Part shown: positions 9,501-17,954 of the stretch, one piece after another
Position numbering within the stretch: position 1 is the first letter of the stretch
Layout: every line of letters begins with the position of its first letter
IMG/VR virus record: IMGVR_UViG_3300046517_000919
Length of the DNA stretch: 64,000 nt
Direction: 5' to 3' (one strand)
From: an uncultured virus (IMG/VR IMGVR_UViG_3300046517_000919)
Taxonomy: Duplodnaviria; Heunggongvirae; Uroviricota; Caudoviricetes
Program-made: the position numbers and the translations under genes
The notes under the pieces: model-generated
What the model was told of the DNA's origin: nothing
What the model saw: the letters and a program-made list of their open reading frames with translations, nothing else
Database searches by the model: none

Positions 9501-12500
9501 CGGCGCGCTACGATCTGAGCAAGCAGATCGATGAATTGCACTACACCCCCGCAATGTCTGGTGGTCTTTTGCGAGGAAAAAAGGACGGACAATGGGTTGT
9601 TACGCAGAAAGGCGTCTCGCCGGATGATCTCGCTGGGGCGGTTGGGAAAGAGGTAGCGGATAAGCTTCTTGCTGCACCGCTCAATCACGAGCGATTTGAG
9701 GCTGGCCCAACGCATGAATTAAAGGGTCAAGACCTTCAGGTCGGCGGCGAGGGGATGAAGGGGTTCTACGACCGGCAAGTGCCCAATCAGCTCGCCAAAC
9801 TCGCCAAGAAGCTCGACCCCAACGCCAAGATCGGCACGAGCCAGATCAATGCGCCAGTAAGGCGAGACAATCCGATGGGCACCAAGACCGTCCCCTCGCT
9901 GGAGATTACGCCGCTGATGCACGAGCGGATCTTGCAGGGCCTGCCGCAATACCAGCGTGGCGGCCGGGTTGGGTTCGCAGACGGCGGCTCCACTGCCGCC
10001 GTCCCAGAGCATCCTGATACCTTGCGTCTCCAGCACGAAGCCCTAGTGAGCGGGAGAAAGGAGCTTGTCTTTTACCCCGGAGGCGAGGGCTTCAACAGAA
10101 ATAACTTTGCCGGTGTGGGTTCCAATCTTGGCGTGGTGCAGTTCCCGAATAAGGATACGGCTGTTTTTCGTAAGGACGGCCCAAACAGGCTTACGCCTAA
10201 AGGCGTCAAGGCAGCGATTCGGGCGGGCAGGCTTCACCATTTACTTGGCTATCCGGTATCCCGCGAAGAGGCGGTCGCCCGCACCCAGCCGCCGTTTAAC
10301 GAGCAAGGGCTCGGTATTGTCGAGCGCGCTCCTGATGGCACGGAGGCCAGAGCCGCTGCCGCGACAGACGCCACTGCCGCTACTCAGGCGGCGGCAATGG
10401 AGAGGTCGAAGCTTTCGCCGGAAAACACGATAAGCGCCGAGTCCCCGGAAAAGGTTTTGGCTGGCCGGGCGGGGTTCGCAGACGGCGGCGCGCTGGAGCC
10501 GGTCGAGGGCAATCCATTCGAGGACATGAGCGCGACCCTGTCGGCGAGGCCCGCCCCGCTGCATGATCGTACGATGCGGCCGACCGATGTCGCGCGGGCC
10601 AAGGGCTTCCCCGAGCCGCGCTCGCCGATGCACGAGCGAATCGCCGCCGCGTCGCGGGATGATCTGGAAGACCCGTCGATCACCGCCCATGGCGGCTACG
10701 GCACGCCGATGAACTCGGCCGACATCCTCGCAGGGCGCGCCGGGCCGGTGCAGGAGATGCGACCCTACGAAGATCCGACATTTAGCGGGCAGCTTGGCGC
10801 GGCGATGGAGCATGGCGCTGAGCGGCTGGGCGCGCCGATGTCAGTCGTACGGTCGGCTGGCGATATCGGGCAGACGGTGGGGGAGTTCACCGGCCTCGAC
10901 ATGCCGCATCACGCCGAGCAAGCCGTGCTCGCCGCGAAGCATGGCGACTACGGCGCGGCGGCAGGCGAGGCGCTCGGCGCGTTCCCAATGCTCCCTGCCG
11001 CTGGGGCTGCTCGTCTCCCGGTGCGGGGAAAGATCACGACGGCGATCCGCGAAGCCGCATCAAAAGGGAATGATGCTCGGGTGACGGCGTTGCAGACGAT
11101 CCATGACGCCCAGCAAACAAGGCTCAATGAGGACATCGAGAGGCTCAACCAGCTTACGCCGGTCCCTGTTGCCCCGCGCCGCTCCCCCGGCGGGAGCCAG
11201 AACCCGGGCACGGCAATTCGCGACAAGCCATATGATGAGGCGCTCTCCTTGGCGGATACCGATCATCACCTGATCCGCGATACGGGCGCCAACCCCAGCT
11301 CCTACTACGTCGGCGGCCCGACGACCGTGAAGAAGCCTGCCGATCTCACTGCGCTGCGTCGCCAGAATTATGGCTATCTGGCGGGCAGGCCTGATGGGTG
11401 GGATTGGTACGACCGCTATCGCGCCACGCTTGGCGAGCTTCATGGCGACACGCCGCCGCCCGGCAATGCTGTCCCGGCCGGGACATGGTCAGCGAGCATG
11501 GAGGGCCAGTGGTCGGCCCAGCACCCTCCTGCGACCGAGTTCGGCATGGCGCAGAAGGAGCGCTCGGGGGCGATTGCTGGCATCCCGCAGCGCGCCAATA
11601 CCGACGTGCAGCATGAAGCGTTCAACCGAGCCATCGCGACAGGTGACCCGAATGAAATGCAGCTAGGCAACAAGACAGGCCAGTACGCTCAATTGATTGA
11701 GGCGTCGCGCGGTTCTTTGCCGCCGCAGGCGACGGGGGTCAACGACTTTCGCCATGCCACGCAATTGGGTTACCGCGAACCGGACGGGAGCCCGTGGGAC
11801 CGTGCTCTAGGCGAGGCTCAGCATCGCTTTGTCGATAATGAAACCGCCAAAATGGTGAAGTGGGCGAATGACAACAGGATAGCAGGCAAGACCGACTGGA
11901 CCGGCGAACAGGTGCAAGCTGCGATCTGGACCCGGCAGAAGGCCGAGCAGGAGATGGTTGACCGGCCAAATCTTGTTGAAGAGCGCATAAGGCAGGGAAT
12001 GAGCCCAGAAGAGGCCTATGAGCATGCGTTCAACAATGAGGCATGGCCAGCGGGCAATGCGACGATAGCTGAACATCTGCCCGGGTTTACGACCTACACC
12101 ACGCACGAAGCGCAGCCGGGCCTAGAGATCGCGAAGACTGGTCATCTGCCGAAGGCAGCGCAAATGACCGACGAGGAGCGCCAGCAGTTCAAAGATAACC
12201 CCTTATCGAGCTGGCTGAGCCCGAAGGGGCATGACCGGGTGTATTCCGGCCTCGGCGTCGCCGGGACGCCGCAAGTGTCGATGATGACGCGGCCAGCGAG
12301 CCCGAGCCTTGGCAAGTTTCCTACCGATGCTGGCGTTGAATATAACCCGTCCACTACCGGGCGGGTCATCACGGGGCATGGAGCGAGGGAGTCGGAAGAG
12401 AAGGGGGCGAAGGCCGTTGCGGCTTACAACCCCGCCGACGAGGCGATTTTGACGGCTGGCGAGACGTTGAGAGGTGCAATAGACGCCCAGAATGCGAGCG

Positions 12501-13210
12501 CAGCGCACCGGATCTTCAAGGGGGGATCACCAAAAGAGATGAACGCGCTCGATATTCCGCTTAGGGGCGCGACGCGCGAGCAACTGGCCCAGTTGGAAAA
12601 TATAGGCAGTAAATATGGGCTACATGACGCTATCGACCGGGGGCAAAACGGCGTCACCCTAACCAGCTTCAGGGATCAACCTCCCGATCTCGCTGGGAGG
12701 TCGTATAGGGCGCTCCTCAACGATCTTCAGGCTGGCGGTTTTGACGCGAGCAAGATCGAGCGCGGCAAGATCGCCTCGATTTATGCTGATCTGGAAAAGC
12801 AATGGGCGGCAGGGCCGGGGTCCGGTCAGGTGACCCAGTTGATCCTCGATAAGCTCAGTACGCCAGAAATGCGCGAGGCTTTTGCTCAGAACCCGCATCT
12901 TGCCGAGATCGCCCGCAACCGCATCCTGCGCGACGACGAGGCCGCCAAGCAATGGGGCGGCCAGCGCTTAGACCTACGCAACTTGCGGGCGATCATCGCA
13001 ATGGGGAAGGACTGGCCCGACAGGCTTGAGCAAGCGCGTAAGTACGGGCTGAAAGCTCTTGTTCCAACGGCAGCGGCGGCGGGTATCGCACTCTATCCCG
13101 AGGCAGGCCTCCCGGCGGGATTAGGGAATGATGCCAATACCAGCGATCAGACGCCGTCAGCACGGCCGATGGCGGGGGCAGGCCGAGCGAGGCGAGATCA
13201 ACTCCAATGA
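6557..13210 (+). CDS. large polyvalent / internal virion protein (LPD23-like domain plus further modules)
   Basis: WQFEAPD...LGDVLHLPETYAAYPGL...LHEVQHGVQSIERFPMGG...GEAEARNVQHR (HExxH; LPD23-like); second module LPGGQNYRE...SSHWDQPNV...EELQSDW. Confidence 0.75.
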   Translation: MAVEDLGDAGDWRAFPVDHDPFADVPDSSASQDRNRDLGYQRFSGHVAAGPSGFGRLDQMVRESAAPDAPEAQPPEKQYYGGQYGAALEHGFQNLAGGIGGAIGGATDLVGQGVGRVAGAVGVPDPEGLGRAVTQMLDSPVHGPTPSSAAHGMAAAHGLGGLSEYAPAMLLGPLARTADQGKLAKAQTMWARGALPQEIYDDTKWLKTPKDQWQFEAPDTAARYVEDKKARILGDVLHLPETYAAYPGLQYIPLSYMPKGKEGGLRGSFTASRQAPGSMQFPPGEMELKQGLGSPSVPLHEVQHGVQSIERFPMGGMPKRPYETNANFDMWEQFRRNNLDKLVLNPPKNPVEWGKYMGIEDPTAAEFEYDEFKRAHDLGVKTNSLLPKVISYAERKANHDYYLSHYGEAEARNVQHRWEEAQKLGGYDKLPHPYKTLDTTYVSFPPYAGGGRVGFADGGVLTDDNTVWPEDQPEQRPSNVPPPQGFQWSPMSAPGLVGGLYNMAKSGLGLTGDVASGKARMEDPETQRRVNDMAGLVTLGAGAMPAEAGALSMGARNLSPLGFYSHGADVAANLPQKVGTTQQMRAALDKAGVKPVEMEGVGLGAEAMPYGWKNPPVNPSVSSEELAGRFRQASPQLQETVLANKGSGNSARRYLYVDPETGAPSRAEGATRIDNPAWAPWRPPPQFEQHSLPGGQNYREVLMHLPANQISDADALAEAQRFSNRIGEDWNRVAPADQARYIQTARESLAERGGSPSNFKSSHWDQPNVVAHLRLNDRTGVADLNDIRSRAASALGARPQDLGSGAAAAAVQKGAITPEEAASLSNASGWINGFKGKPGIEPRLLHMEELQSDWGQKGRDEGFADPKVIQAHEDYVADMRRRMAEGMTQDGIASGVDPVRSGQLAKSTAEKMEPWQLAKYLGEDQTLRDVYAKRVAEEKKIPPGPYVTNTNSWTDLGLKRALIEAARGDYTHLSWTPGADQAARYDLSKQIDELHYTPAMSGGLLRGKKDGQWVVTQKGVSPDDLAGAVGKEVADKLLAAPLNHERFEAGPTHELKGQDLQVGGEGMKGFYDRQVPNQLAKLAKKLDPNAKIGTSQINAPVRRDNPMGTKTVPSLEITPLMHERILQGLPQYQRGGRVGFADGGSTAAVPEHPDTLRLQHEALVSGRKELVFYPGGEGFNRNNFAGVGSNLGVVQFPNKDTAVFRKDGPNRLTPKGVKAAIRAGRLHHLLGYPVSREEAVARTQPPFNEQGLGIVERAPDGTEARAAAATDATAATQAAAMERSKLSPENTISAESPEKVLAGRAGFADGGALEPVEGNPFEDMSATLSARPAPLHDRTMRPTDVARAKGFPEPRSPMHERIAAASRDDLEDPSITAHGGYGTPMNSADILAGRAGPVQEMRPYEDPTFSGQLGAAMEHGAERLGAPMSVVRSAGDIGQTVGEFTGLDMPHHAEQAVLAAKHGDYGAAAGEALGAFPMLPAAGAARLPVRGKITTAIREAASKGNDARVTALQTIHDAQQTRLNEDIERLNQLTPVPVAPRRSPGGSQNPGTAIRDKPYDEALSLADTDHHLIRDTGANPSSYYVGGPTTVKKPADLTALRRQNYGYLAGRPDGWDWYDRYRATLGELHGDTPPPGNAVPAGTWSASMEGQWSAQHPPATEFGMAQKERSGAIAGIPQRANTDVQHEAFNRAIATGDPNEMQLGNKTGQYAQLIEASRGSLPPQATGVNDFRHATQLGYREPDGSPWDRALGEAQHRFVDNETAKMVKWANDNRIAGKTDWTGEQVQAAIWTRQKAEQEMVDRPNLVEERIRQGMSPEEAYEHAFNNEAWPAGNATIAEHLPGFTTYTTHEAQPGLEIAKTGHLPKAAQMTDEERQQFKDNPLSSWLSPKGHDRVYSGLGVAGTPQVSMMTRPASPSLGKFPTDAGVEYNPSTTGRVITGHGARESEEKGAKAVAAYNPADEAILTAGETLRGAIDAQNASAAHRIFKGGSPKEMNALDIPLRGATREQLAQLENIGSKYGLHDAIDRGQNGVTLTSFRDQPPDLAGRSYRALLNDLQAGGFDASKIERGKIASIYADLEKQWAAGPGSGQVTQLILDKLSTPEMREAFAQNPHLAEIARNRILRDDEAAKQWGGQRLDLRNLRAIIAMGKDWPDRLEQARKYGLKALVPTAAAAGIALYPEAGLPAGLGNDANTSDQTPSARPMAGAGRARRDQLQ

Positions 13211-13379
13211 GATCGGCCTTGTCGCAGGCGACATGGAATGGGATGCTATGTGTCCCCCCAGACCACCAAAACTTTGGCCTCCAGACGCAAATTGGCATCA
13301 GGGCTTCAACCCTGACCACCGCTGGAGCGGCGATCAGGCTGATCAGTCCCGTGAGGAATCTCCGCCGGGGTAGGATCAT
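12993..13379 (-). CDS. small protein with twin-arginine-like N-terminus
   Basis: MILPRRRFLTGLISLIAAPAVVR; coupled to upstream ORF; 3' part overlaps 6557..13210 antisense. Confidence 0.5.
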   Translation of the reverse strand: MILPRRRFLTGLISLIAAPAVVRVEALMPICVWRPKFWWSGGTHSIPFHVACDKADLIGVDLASLGLPPPSAVLTASDRWYWHHSLIPPGGLPRDRVRYPPPLPLEQELSARTYALAQACRASPSPLR

Positions 13380-13499
13380 CGTTCAGCTCTTCCTCTATGT
13401 CGGGCTTCCAGTCGTCGGGCAGGCCGTACTTCTCCCGTAAGACCTCTTGGTATTCGAGGCCGGTGCAGACCCAGACCTCCCACATGTCGTTCCAATGCA

Positions 13500-13871
13500 T
13501 CACTTGATCCCCACGGCCTGCTTGGCGGCTTCCTCGGCCTTCAGGATGATCATCAGCTTGTTGATCTCATCCTTCTTGCCCGCGAGCGCCGCGTCATGCT
13601 CCTTCTGATCCGCGATCTGTTCAGGGGTGCGCGGGTCGGGTTCGCCAATGTTCTCAATCGCGGGAAGCGGCATGGTCTTGACCGGCGGCGCGGGGTCGGG
13701 CGGCGTTGCGGTGATCTCGACGTAGTACGACTTGTCGGGCGCGGGTGCGTGAAGCGAAACGTGCGTGACGCCGCAGCGCTGCGGATAAGGGTATTTCCAC
13801 ACCGAAAAGCGATGGCAGGCGGTTGCGGGCTGGGCGCTGACCAGCAGCGTGGCGAGGGCGATCTTGATCAT
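13500..13871 (-). CDS. secreted/periplasmic protein with signal peptide
   Basis: MIKIALATLLVSAQPATA signal-like segment, Pro-rich linker, helical C-terminus; start could be 13883. Confidence 0.55.
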   Translation of the reverse strand: MIKIALATLLVSAQPATACHRFSVWKYPYPQRCGVTHVSLHAPAPDKSYYVEITATPPDPAPPVKTMPLPAIENIGEPDPRTPEQIADQKEHDAALAGKKDEINKLMIILKAEEAAKQAVGIK

Positions 13872-14116
13872 TGGCTGCACCATTCACAGTTGGGGGTTTC
13901 GCATTTGGCAACGCCGTAGTTCATGCGTTGCGCCACGTCGTCGAAGTCGGGCGTCCATGGCTGGCGGGAGCTATCGACCAGCTCGTGGATATCGGCGCAT
14001 TTCCAGACATGGCCATGCGGCGCCTCGACCCGCAGCTCGTTGTGGCCAAATCCGCGATCATACTCCACTGTCGCGCCAACAGCTTTGGCGAGGCTTTTGA
14101 TGCCTCTAAGGTTCAC
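13868..14116 (-). CDS. small Cys-containing hypothetical protein
   Basis: AAGGAG RBS; C-terminal CETPNCEWC; overlaps both neighbours. Confidence 0.55.
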   Translation of the reverse strand: MNLRGIKSLAKAVGATVEYDRGFGHNELRVEAPHGHVWKCADIHELVDSSRQPWTPDFDDVAQRMNYGVAKCETPNCEWCSQ

Positions 14117-14337
14117 GGGGTCGTCTCCTTGGTTTCGAGGCCCTTGAGGGTCCAGCGGTGGGTGACCGGGTCGTCCGACTCGACGGCGCGCCGGTTCTCG
14201 GCCCCGGCCTTGCAGCCCATCCAGCGGTTCTGAAGGTCGATGGCGTAATTGATCGCCTCGCCTGCGGTGGCGAAGCGCAGGCCGTTGCCGACCCAGCTAT
14301 TTTCGCCAACGCCTTTGATCTCGGGAATGAATGACAT
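14113..14337 (-). CDS. early hypothetical protein
   Basis: GAGGAG RBS; directly downstream of a consensus-like promoter. Confidence 0.7.
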   Translation of the reverse strand: MSFIPEIKGVGENSWVGNGLRFATAGEAINYAIDLQNRWMGCKAGAENRRAVESDDPVTHRWTLKGLETKETTP

Positions 14338-14349
14338 GGGGGCTCCTCT

Positions 14350-14389
14350 TGTCGCAGTAACAGCTACACTCGACCCTCCTCATTGTCAA
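14350..14389 (-). promoter_or_regulatory. sigma70-type promoter with overlapping operator
   Basis: TTGACA-N17-TAGCTG on - strand; operator TGTCGCA-GTAAC-AGCTACA at 14350-14368. Confidence 0.75.
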
Positions 14390-14455
14390 CCATGAGATTT
14401 CCGCGTAGCAATTGCAGCGAGGCAGATGCGGGATGTGAGAACCGGGAGGCTCCCT

Positions 14456-15469
14456 ATGACGGGGCTGACGCCGAAGGCTCATACCCAAGCGGTCCTCAAG
14501 AGGATGAATCTGGCGGGCTCTGTTCCGGGGAATTTGAACCGGGACAACGACGCCAGCGGCGACAATTACGGCCTCGCCTCCGCGCGCTCATCCGACTCTT
14601 CCAGCTTCCAGATGGACGGCGCGCCGAAGAGCCCGCACATGGGCAGGCCCGGGCGCCAGAGCGGCGGGCGGATCTCTGGCGACCTCGTTCGCACCCGGCG
14701 CACCCCCGAGGAAACCGCAAGCGACATCGCGAATGAGGACAAGGTCGTCAACGCTCTGGCGAAGGATCGTCGCAGCGAAGGCGCTAGGGACGCTGTAAAC
14801 GGGGCTAAGATTTTGCGTATGTCGCCAAGCCAGCGCGACGCCTACGCCAATGAAAAGGACGGGGGGCGGATTGGCCGCTGGAAGGGCGGGGCCGCTCGGG
14901 ACAAGCTGGGGCAGAAAGACGCTTTGGCCTCGGATAACCCCGGTTACGGGGATGCGATGCCGGGCGAGCGAGAATATTACAACTTCATTCGCGGCGGCCT
15001 TGGCACGACGAAGGTCGGAGCGCCGATGGGCAAGGGCGGCGTCGGGTCTGACGCAACCGCCGAGCCGACGAACCAAGCCAAGGGTGGCCGAGTCGGCCGC
15101 GCGCGGGGCGGGCGCACCAAGGGCAAGACGACCGTCAACGTGATCATCGGCGGGCAGAAGACGATGCCGCCGCCAGCTCCCATGATGCCTCCTCCGCCGA
15201 TGGCGGCCTCCGGTCCCGTCGGCCCGCCACGGCCTCCCATGCCACCTCCCGGCATGGGTCCGCCGCCCGGCGGCGCGCCTCCGGGCATGGGGGGTGGACC
15301 CCCTCCCGGTATGCCTCCGATGCTCCGGGCGCGGGGTGGGCGAATCGAGATCTCGACCCCCGGCAAGCACGACTACGGCAAGGCTGGCGTGCCGCACGGC
15401 AAGATCGATGAGAAGTACGGCGGCGGCTCTGGCCTCGGCCGACAGGCGAACGCGCGGCGCCAGAAATGA
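14456..15469 (+). CDS. basic, Gly/Pro-rich disordered head-associated protein with multiple xxxGG motifs
   Basis: GGGAGG RBS; RQSGGRI, KDGGRIGRWKGG, AKGGRVGRARGGRTKGKTTVNVII, RARGGRI. Confidence 0.7.
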   Translation: MTGLTPKAHTQAVLKRMNLAGSVPGNLNRDNDASGDNYGLASARSSDSSSFQMDGAPKSPHMGRPGRQSGGRISGDLVRTRRTPEETASDIANEDKVVNALAKDRRSEGARDAVNGAKILRMSPSQRDAYANEKDGGRIGRWKGGAARDKLGQKDALASDNPGYGDAMPGEREYYNFIRGGLGTTKVGAPMGKGGVGSDATAEPTNQAKGGRVGRARGGRTKGKTTVNVIIGGQKTMPPPAPMMPPPPMAASGPVGPPRPPMPPPGMGPPPGGAPPGMGGGPPPGMPPMLRARGGRIEISTPGKHDYGKAGVPHGKIDEKYGGGSGLGRQANARRQK

Positions 15470-15696
15470 CAGACCAGACTTTCGGCGAGCGCGCGGTCGG
15501 GCTGTCGTTCAATCCGAGCGGCGACGACGCGGTGCATCTTTTGAAGAGCGCTGCGGCGTCGTTCATCGACCTCTGCAATGAAGCGCGCGAGCTGACGCAA
15601 GACCCCGAGATCAAGCGGATGTACTCGATTGCGATCACCGAGGCGCAGACCGCGCAGATGTGGGGAGTCAAGGCGGCCACATGGAAGGCGGCCTGA
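15466..15696 (+). CDS. Acb2/Tad1-like helical-hairpin protein (putative nucleotide-signal sponge)
   Basis: GERAVGLSFNPSGDDAV...K...A..FIDL...EIKRMYSIAITEAQTAQMWGVKAATW pattern. Confidence 0.55.
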   Translation: MTDQTFGERAVGLSFNPSGDDAVHLLKSAAASFIDLCNEARELTQDPEIKRMYSIAITEAQTAQMWGVKAATWKAA

Positions 15697-15915
15697 TTGG
15701 ACGCCGCCAGCCTCTATTTCGGAGGCAAGCTCTTGGAGATCATCCGCGCCAAGCAGGCTGAGATGTCGAAGCCCTTATTGCTCGGGCAGGCGCTCGACTA
15801 CCCCGACTACAAGGCCCGCGCCGGGTATCTGAAGGGCTTAGCCGATGTCGTCGGCTGGATGAAATCAATCGACATGGAAGATAAGGAGACGGCGTCAGCA
15901 TGGCGACAGGATTAG
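15697..15915 (+). CDS. small head-module protein
   Basis: L..G.ALDYPDYK...GYLKGL pattern, directly upstream of the groES-like gene as in related phages. Confidence 0.6.
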   Translation: MDAASLYFGGKLLEIIRAKQAEMSKPLLLGQALDYPDYKARAGYLKGLADVVGWMKSIDMEDKETASAWRQD

Positions 15916-16310
15916 TTCAGAAGCTAGCGCACAAGGAAGACCCAGCCACCGTGATCTGGCTCGCGCTGGGCAATGCGCTCGACGAGTTCGACATCGCCGC
16001 GCAAGGCGTCCTGATCGCCATGTATGAACGGCCGGATGACGTGAAGACCGAAGGCGGCATCCTCCTCCCGCACGCCCATGTGAAAGAGGACGAATATCAG
16101 AGCCGGGTCGCGCTGGTGGTGAAGCTCGGCCGCCGCGCCTTCACTGACGACGAGCATGTGAAGTGGGACGGCTACCACTGCGAGGTCGGCGACTGGGTCG
16201 CGCTGCGTTCCAGCGACGGCATGAAGCTCAGCGTCAGGGGCGTCCACTGCCGCCTGATCTCTGATGTGTACCTGAAATTGAAGATCCCTCATGCGGATGC
16301 GGTGTTCTGA
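15900..16310 (+). CDS. groES: GroES-like co-chaperonin
   Basis: VLI...KTEGGILLP...ALVVKLG.RAF...CEVGDWV...G..L...G..CRLISD matches the Cpn10 pattern. Confidence 0.85.
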   Translation: MATGLVQKLAHKEDPATVIWLALGNALDEFDIAAQGVLIAMYERPDDVKTEGGILLPHAHVKEDEYQSRVALVVKLGRRAFTDDEHVKWDGYHCEVGDWVALRSSDGMKLSVRGVHCRLISDVYLKLKIPHADAVF

Positions 16311-17257
16311 TGCCCCCCGATGACGACGAGATCGCCAAGACCCAGAAGGAGCATGGCGCCTATTTTCGCGCTTCGACCGAGGAAGAGGAATCGCCAGAAG
16401 GGCGTTTCGATCCGGTCGATGTCGATCTGAACGCGCCAGAGAAGGGCGATAAGCCCGATACCGGCGCCGCCGCCGAGGAGCTGCGCGCCCAGCTAAGGCA
16501 GGCGCAGGAAGCCGCCGCCATGGCGACGCGCGCGGCGCAGGAACAAAGCCAGCGGGCGGCATACGCCGAGCAGCGCGCCGTCGGTTCGACGGTCGGCATG
16601 ATCGATTCGGCGCTCGAAAACGCGCAGTCGGTCGCCGCCAACGCCAAGGCGAAATTCCAAGCCGCGCTCGATGCGGCGGACCACGCGGTCGCCGCGCAGG
16701 CGCAAGAGGAACTCTCCGACGCCCGCCATAACCTCCTTCGCCTGCAAGAACAGCGCGCGATGGTCGAGGCGCAACTGCGGCAAGCGCAGCAACAGCCGCA
16801 AAGGCAGCAACCGCCGCAAGAGCCGCAGAGCATCGACACGATCTCTCGCGATCTCGTCAACGCAGGCTATCCCCGCTCGGCCGATTGGCTCCGCTCGCAT
16901 CCCGAATGGGTGAGCAGGCCAGACCTCCTGAAGCGGGTGGCGAGCGCCGACAACCACCTCGTCGATAACAAGGGGTTTGTGCGGGAGTCGGACGAGTATT
17001 TCGCCGCGCTGGAACAGGAGCTGGGCGTGAACCAACAGCAGCGGCGCCCTGATTACGGTCAACAGCGCCGCAGCGCCGCCGCCCCGACATCCAATTCCGC
17101 TCCGAGCCTGCGCACCGGCCAGCCGATGATGCGTTCGCACGTCACCCTGACCCCGGCGCAGCGCGAGGCGGCGGAACTGAGCGGCATGACCGAGCGCGAA
17201 TACGCGCAGGAGTTCGAAACGGCGAGGGTCAACAACAAGCTGATTGGATATCGATGA
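16310..17257 (+). CDS. capsid scaffolding protein (putative)
   Basis: Acidic N-terminus, long coiled coil, C-terminal VTLTPAQREAAELSGMTEREYA; position upstream of the capsid genes. Confidence 0.75.
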   Translation: MPPDDDEIAKTQKEHGAYFRASTEEEESPEGRFDPVDVDLNAPEKGDKPDTGAAAEELRAQLRQAQEAAAMATRAAQEQSQRAAYAEQRAVGSTVGMIDSALENAQSVAANAKAKFQAALDAADHAVAAQAQEELSDARHNLLRLQEQRAMVEAQLRQAQQQPQRQQPPQEPQSIDTISRDLVNAGYPRSADWLRSHPEWVSRPDLLKRVASADNHLVDNKGFVRESDEYFAALEQELGVNQQQRRPDYGQQRRSAAAPTSNSAPSLRTGQPMMRSHVTLTPAQREAAELSGMTEREYAQEFETARVNNKLIGYR

Positions 17258-17805
17258 TGAGCGACGCCGCCACCGCCCGAGTGGGCAATAAGGAAACCGT
17301 GCGCAGCGAGGCCGAGGTCGCGTCAGCCAAGCCGCAGATCGTCGATCACGAGGCCCGCGCCCGGGCGCGCGTCGCCGAGATCAGGGCAATCCATGGCGAT
17401 GACGACTTCAGCGAGGTGTTCGTCGATAAATGGTATGCCGAAGCGCCTCCCGGCTGGGTCTACAACTGGAAGACGCACTCGGTTTGGAACAAAGAGTATC
17501 CGCAGTATCTGAGCAACATGCAGCACAATGGCTGGAGCCCGGTCCCGTCGCACCGCGTGCGCCACCTCCTCTACCCCGAGTATGACGCCGAGAACACCAT
17601 CATCGACGGCATGATTCTGATGGAGCGGCCGAAGGAAATCAACGACCGGGTGAACAAGCGCGATCACCGTCTCGCCATCGACGCCGTTCGCAACAGCGAG
17701 AGGAAGCTCTCGGACGCACCGAGCGGCACCGCGCCGCGCACCGCCTTCGCGGACACAATGCCCAAGGTGCGTGGCCACGTCGGCCCGGTCACCATCGACG
17801 ATTGA
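17254..17805 (+). CDS. head-module protein
   Basis: APPGWVYNWK...GWSPVP...DGMILMERP pattern, between scaffold and capsid genes. Confidence 0.7.
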   Translation: MMSDAATARVGNKETVRSEAEVASAKPQIVDHEARARARVAEIRAIHGDDDFSEVFVDKWYAEAPPGWVYNWKTHSVWNKEYPQYLSNMQHNGWSPVPSHRVRHLLYPEYDAENTIIDGMILMERPKEINDRVNKRDHRLAIDAVRNSERKLSDAPSGTAPRTAFADTMPKVRGHVGPVTIDD

Positions 17806-17954
17806 CATAAATCGGTGATGTGCATTAAGACTTGCGCTTAGCCGGTCCTTCCGGCCTCACGGCCCCGTGGCGCTCTCGGGCTCGTGCATAATCCAAGCTC
17901 ATTGGCGGCGCTCGTCGATGGCGATTCTTCTAACCCTTGCGGGAGAAGTTCGTC
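17802..17954 (+). promoter_or_regulatory. putative promoter and structured 5' leader of the capsid genes
   Basis: TTGACA at 17802, TAAGAC 18 nt later; hairpins GCCGG-TCCTT-CCGGC and CTTCT-AA-CCC-TTGC-GGG-AGAAG covering the SD. Confidence 0.45.

Noticed and set aside
15900..16310. GroES without GroEL as a novelty
   Set aside because: Stand-alone co-chaperonins in head modules are well known in phages.
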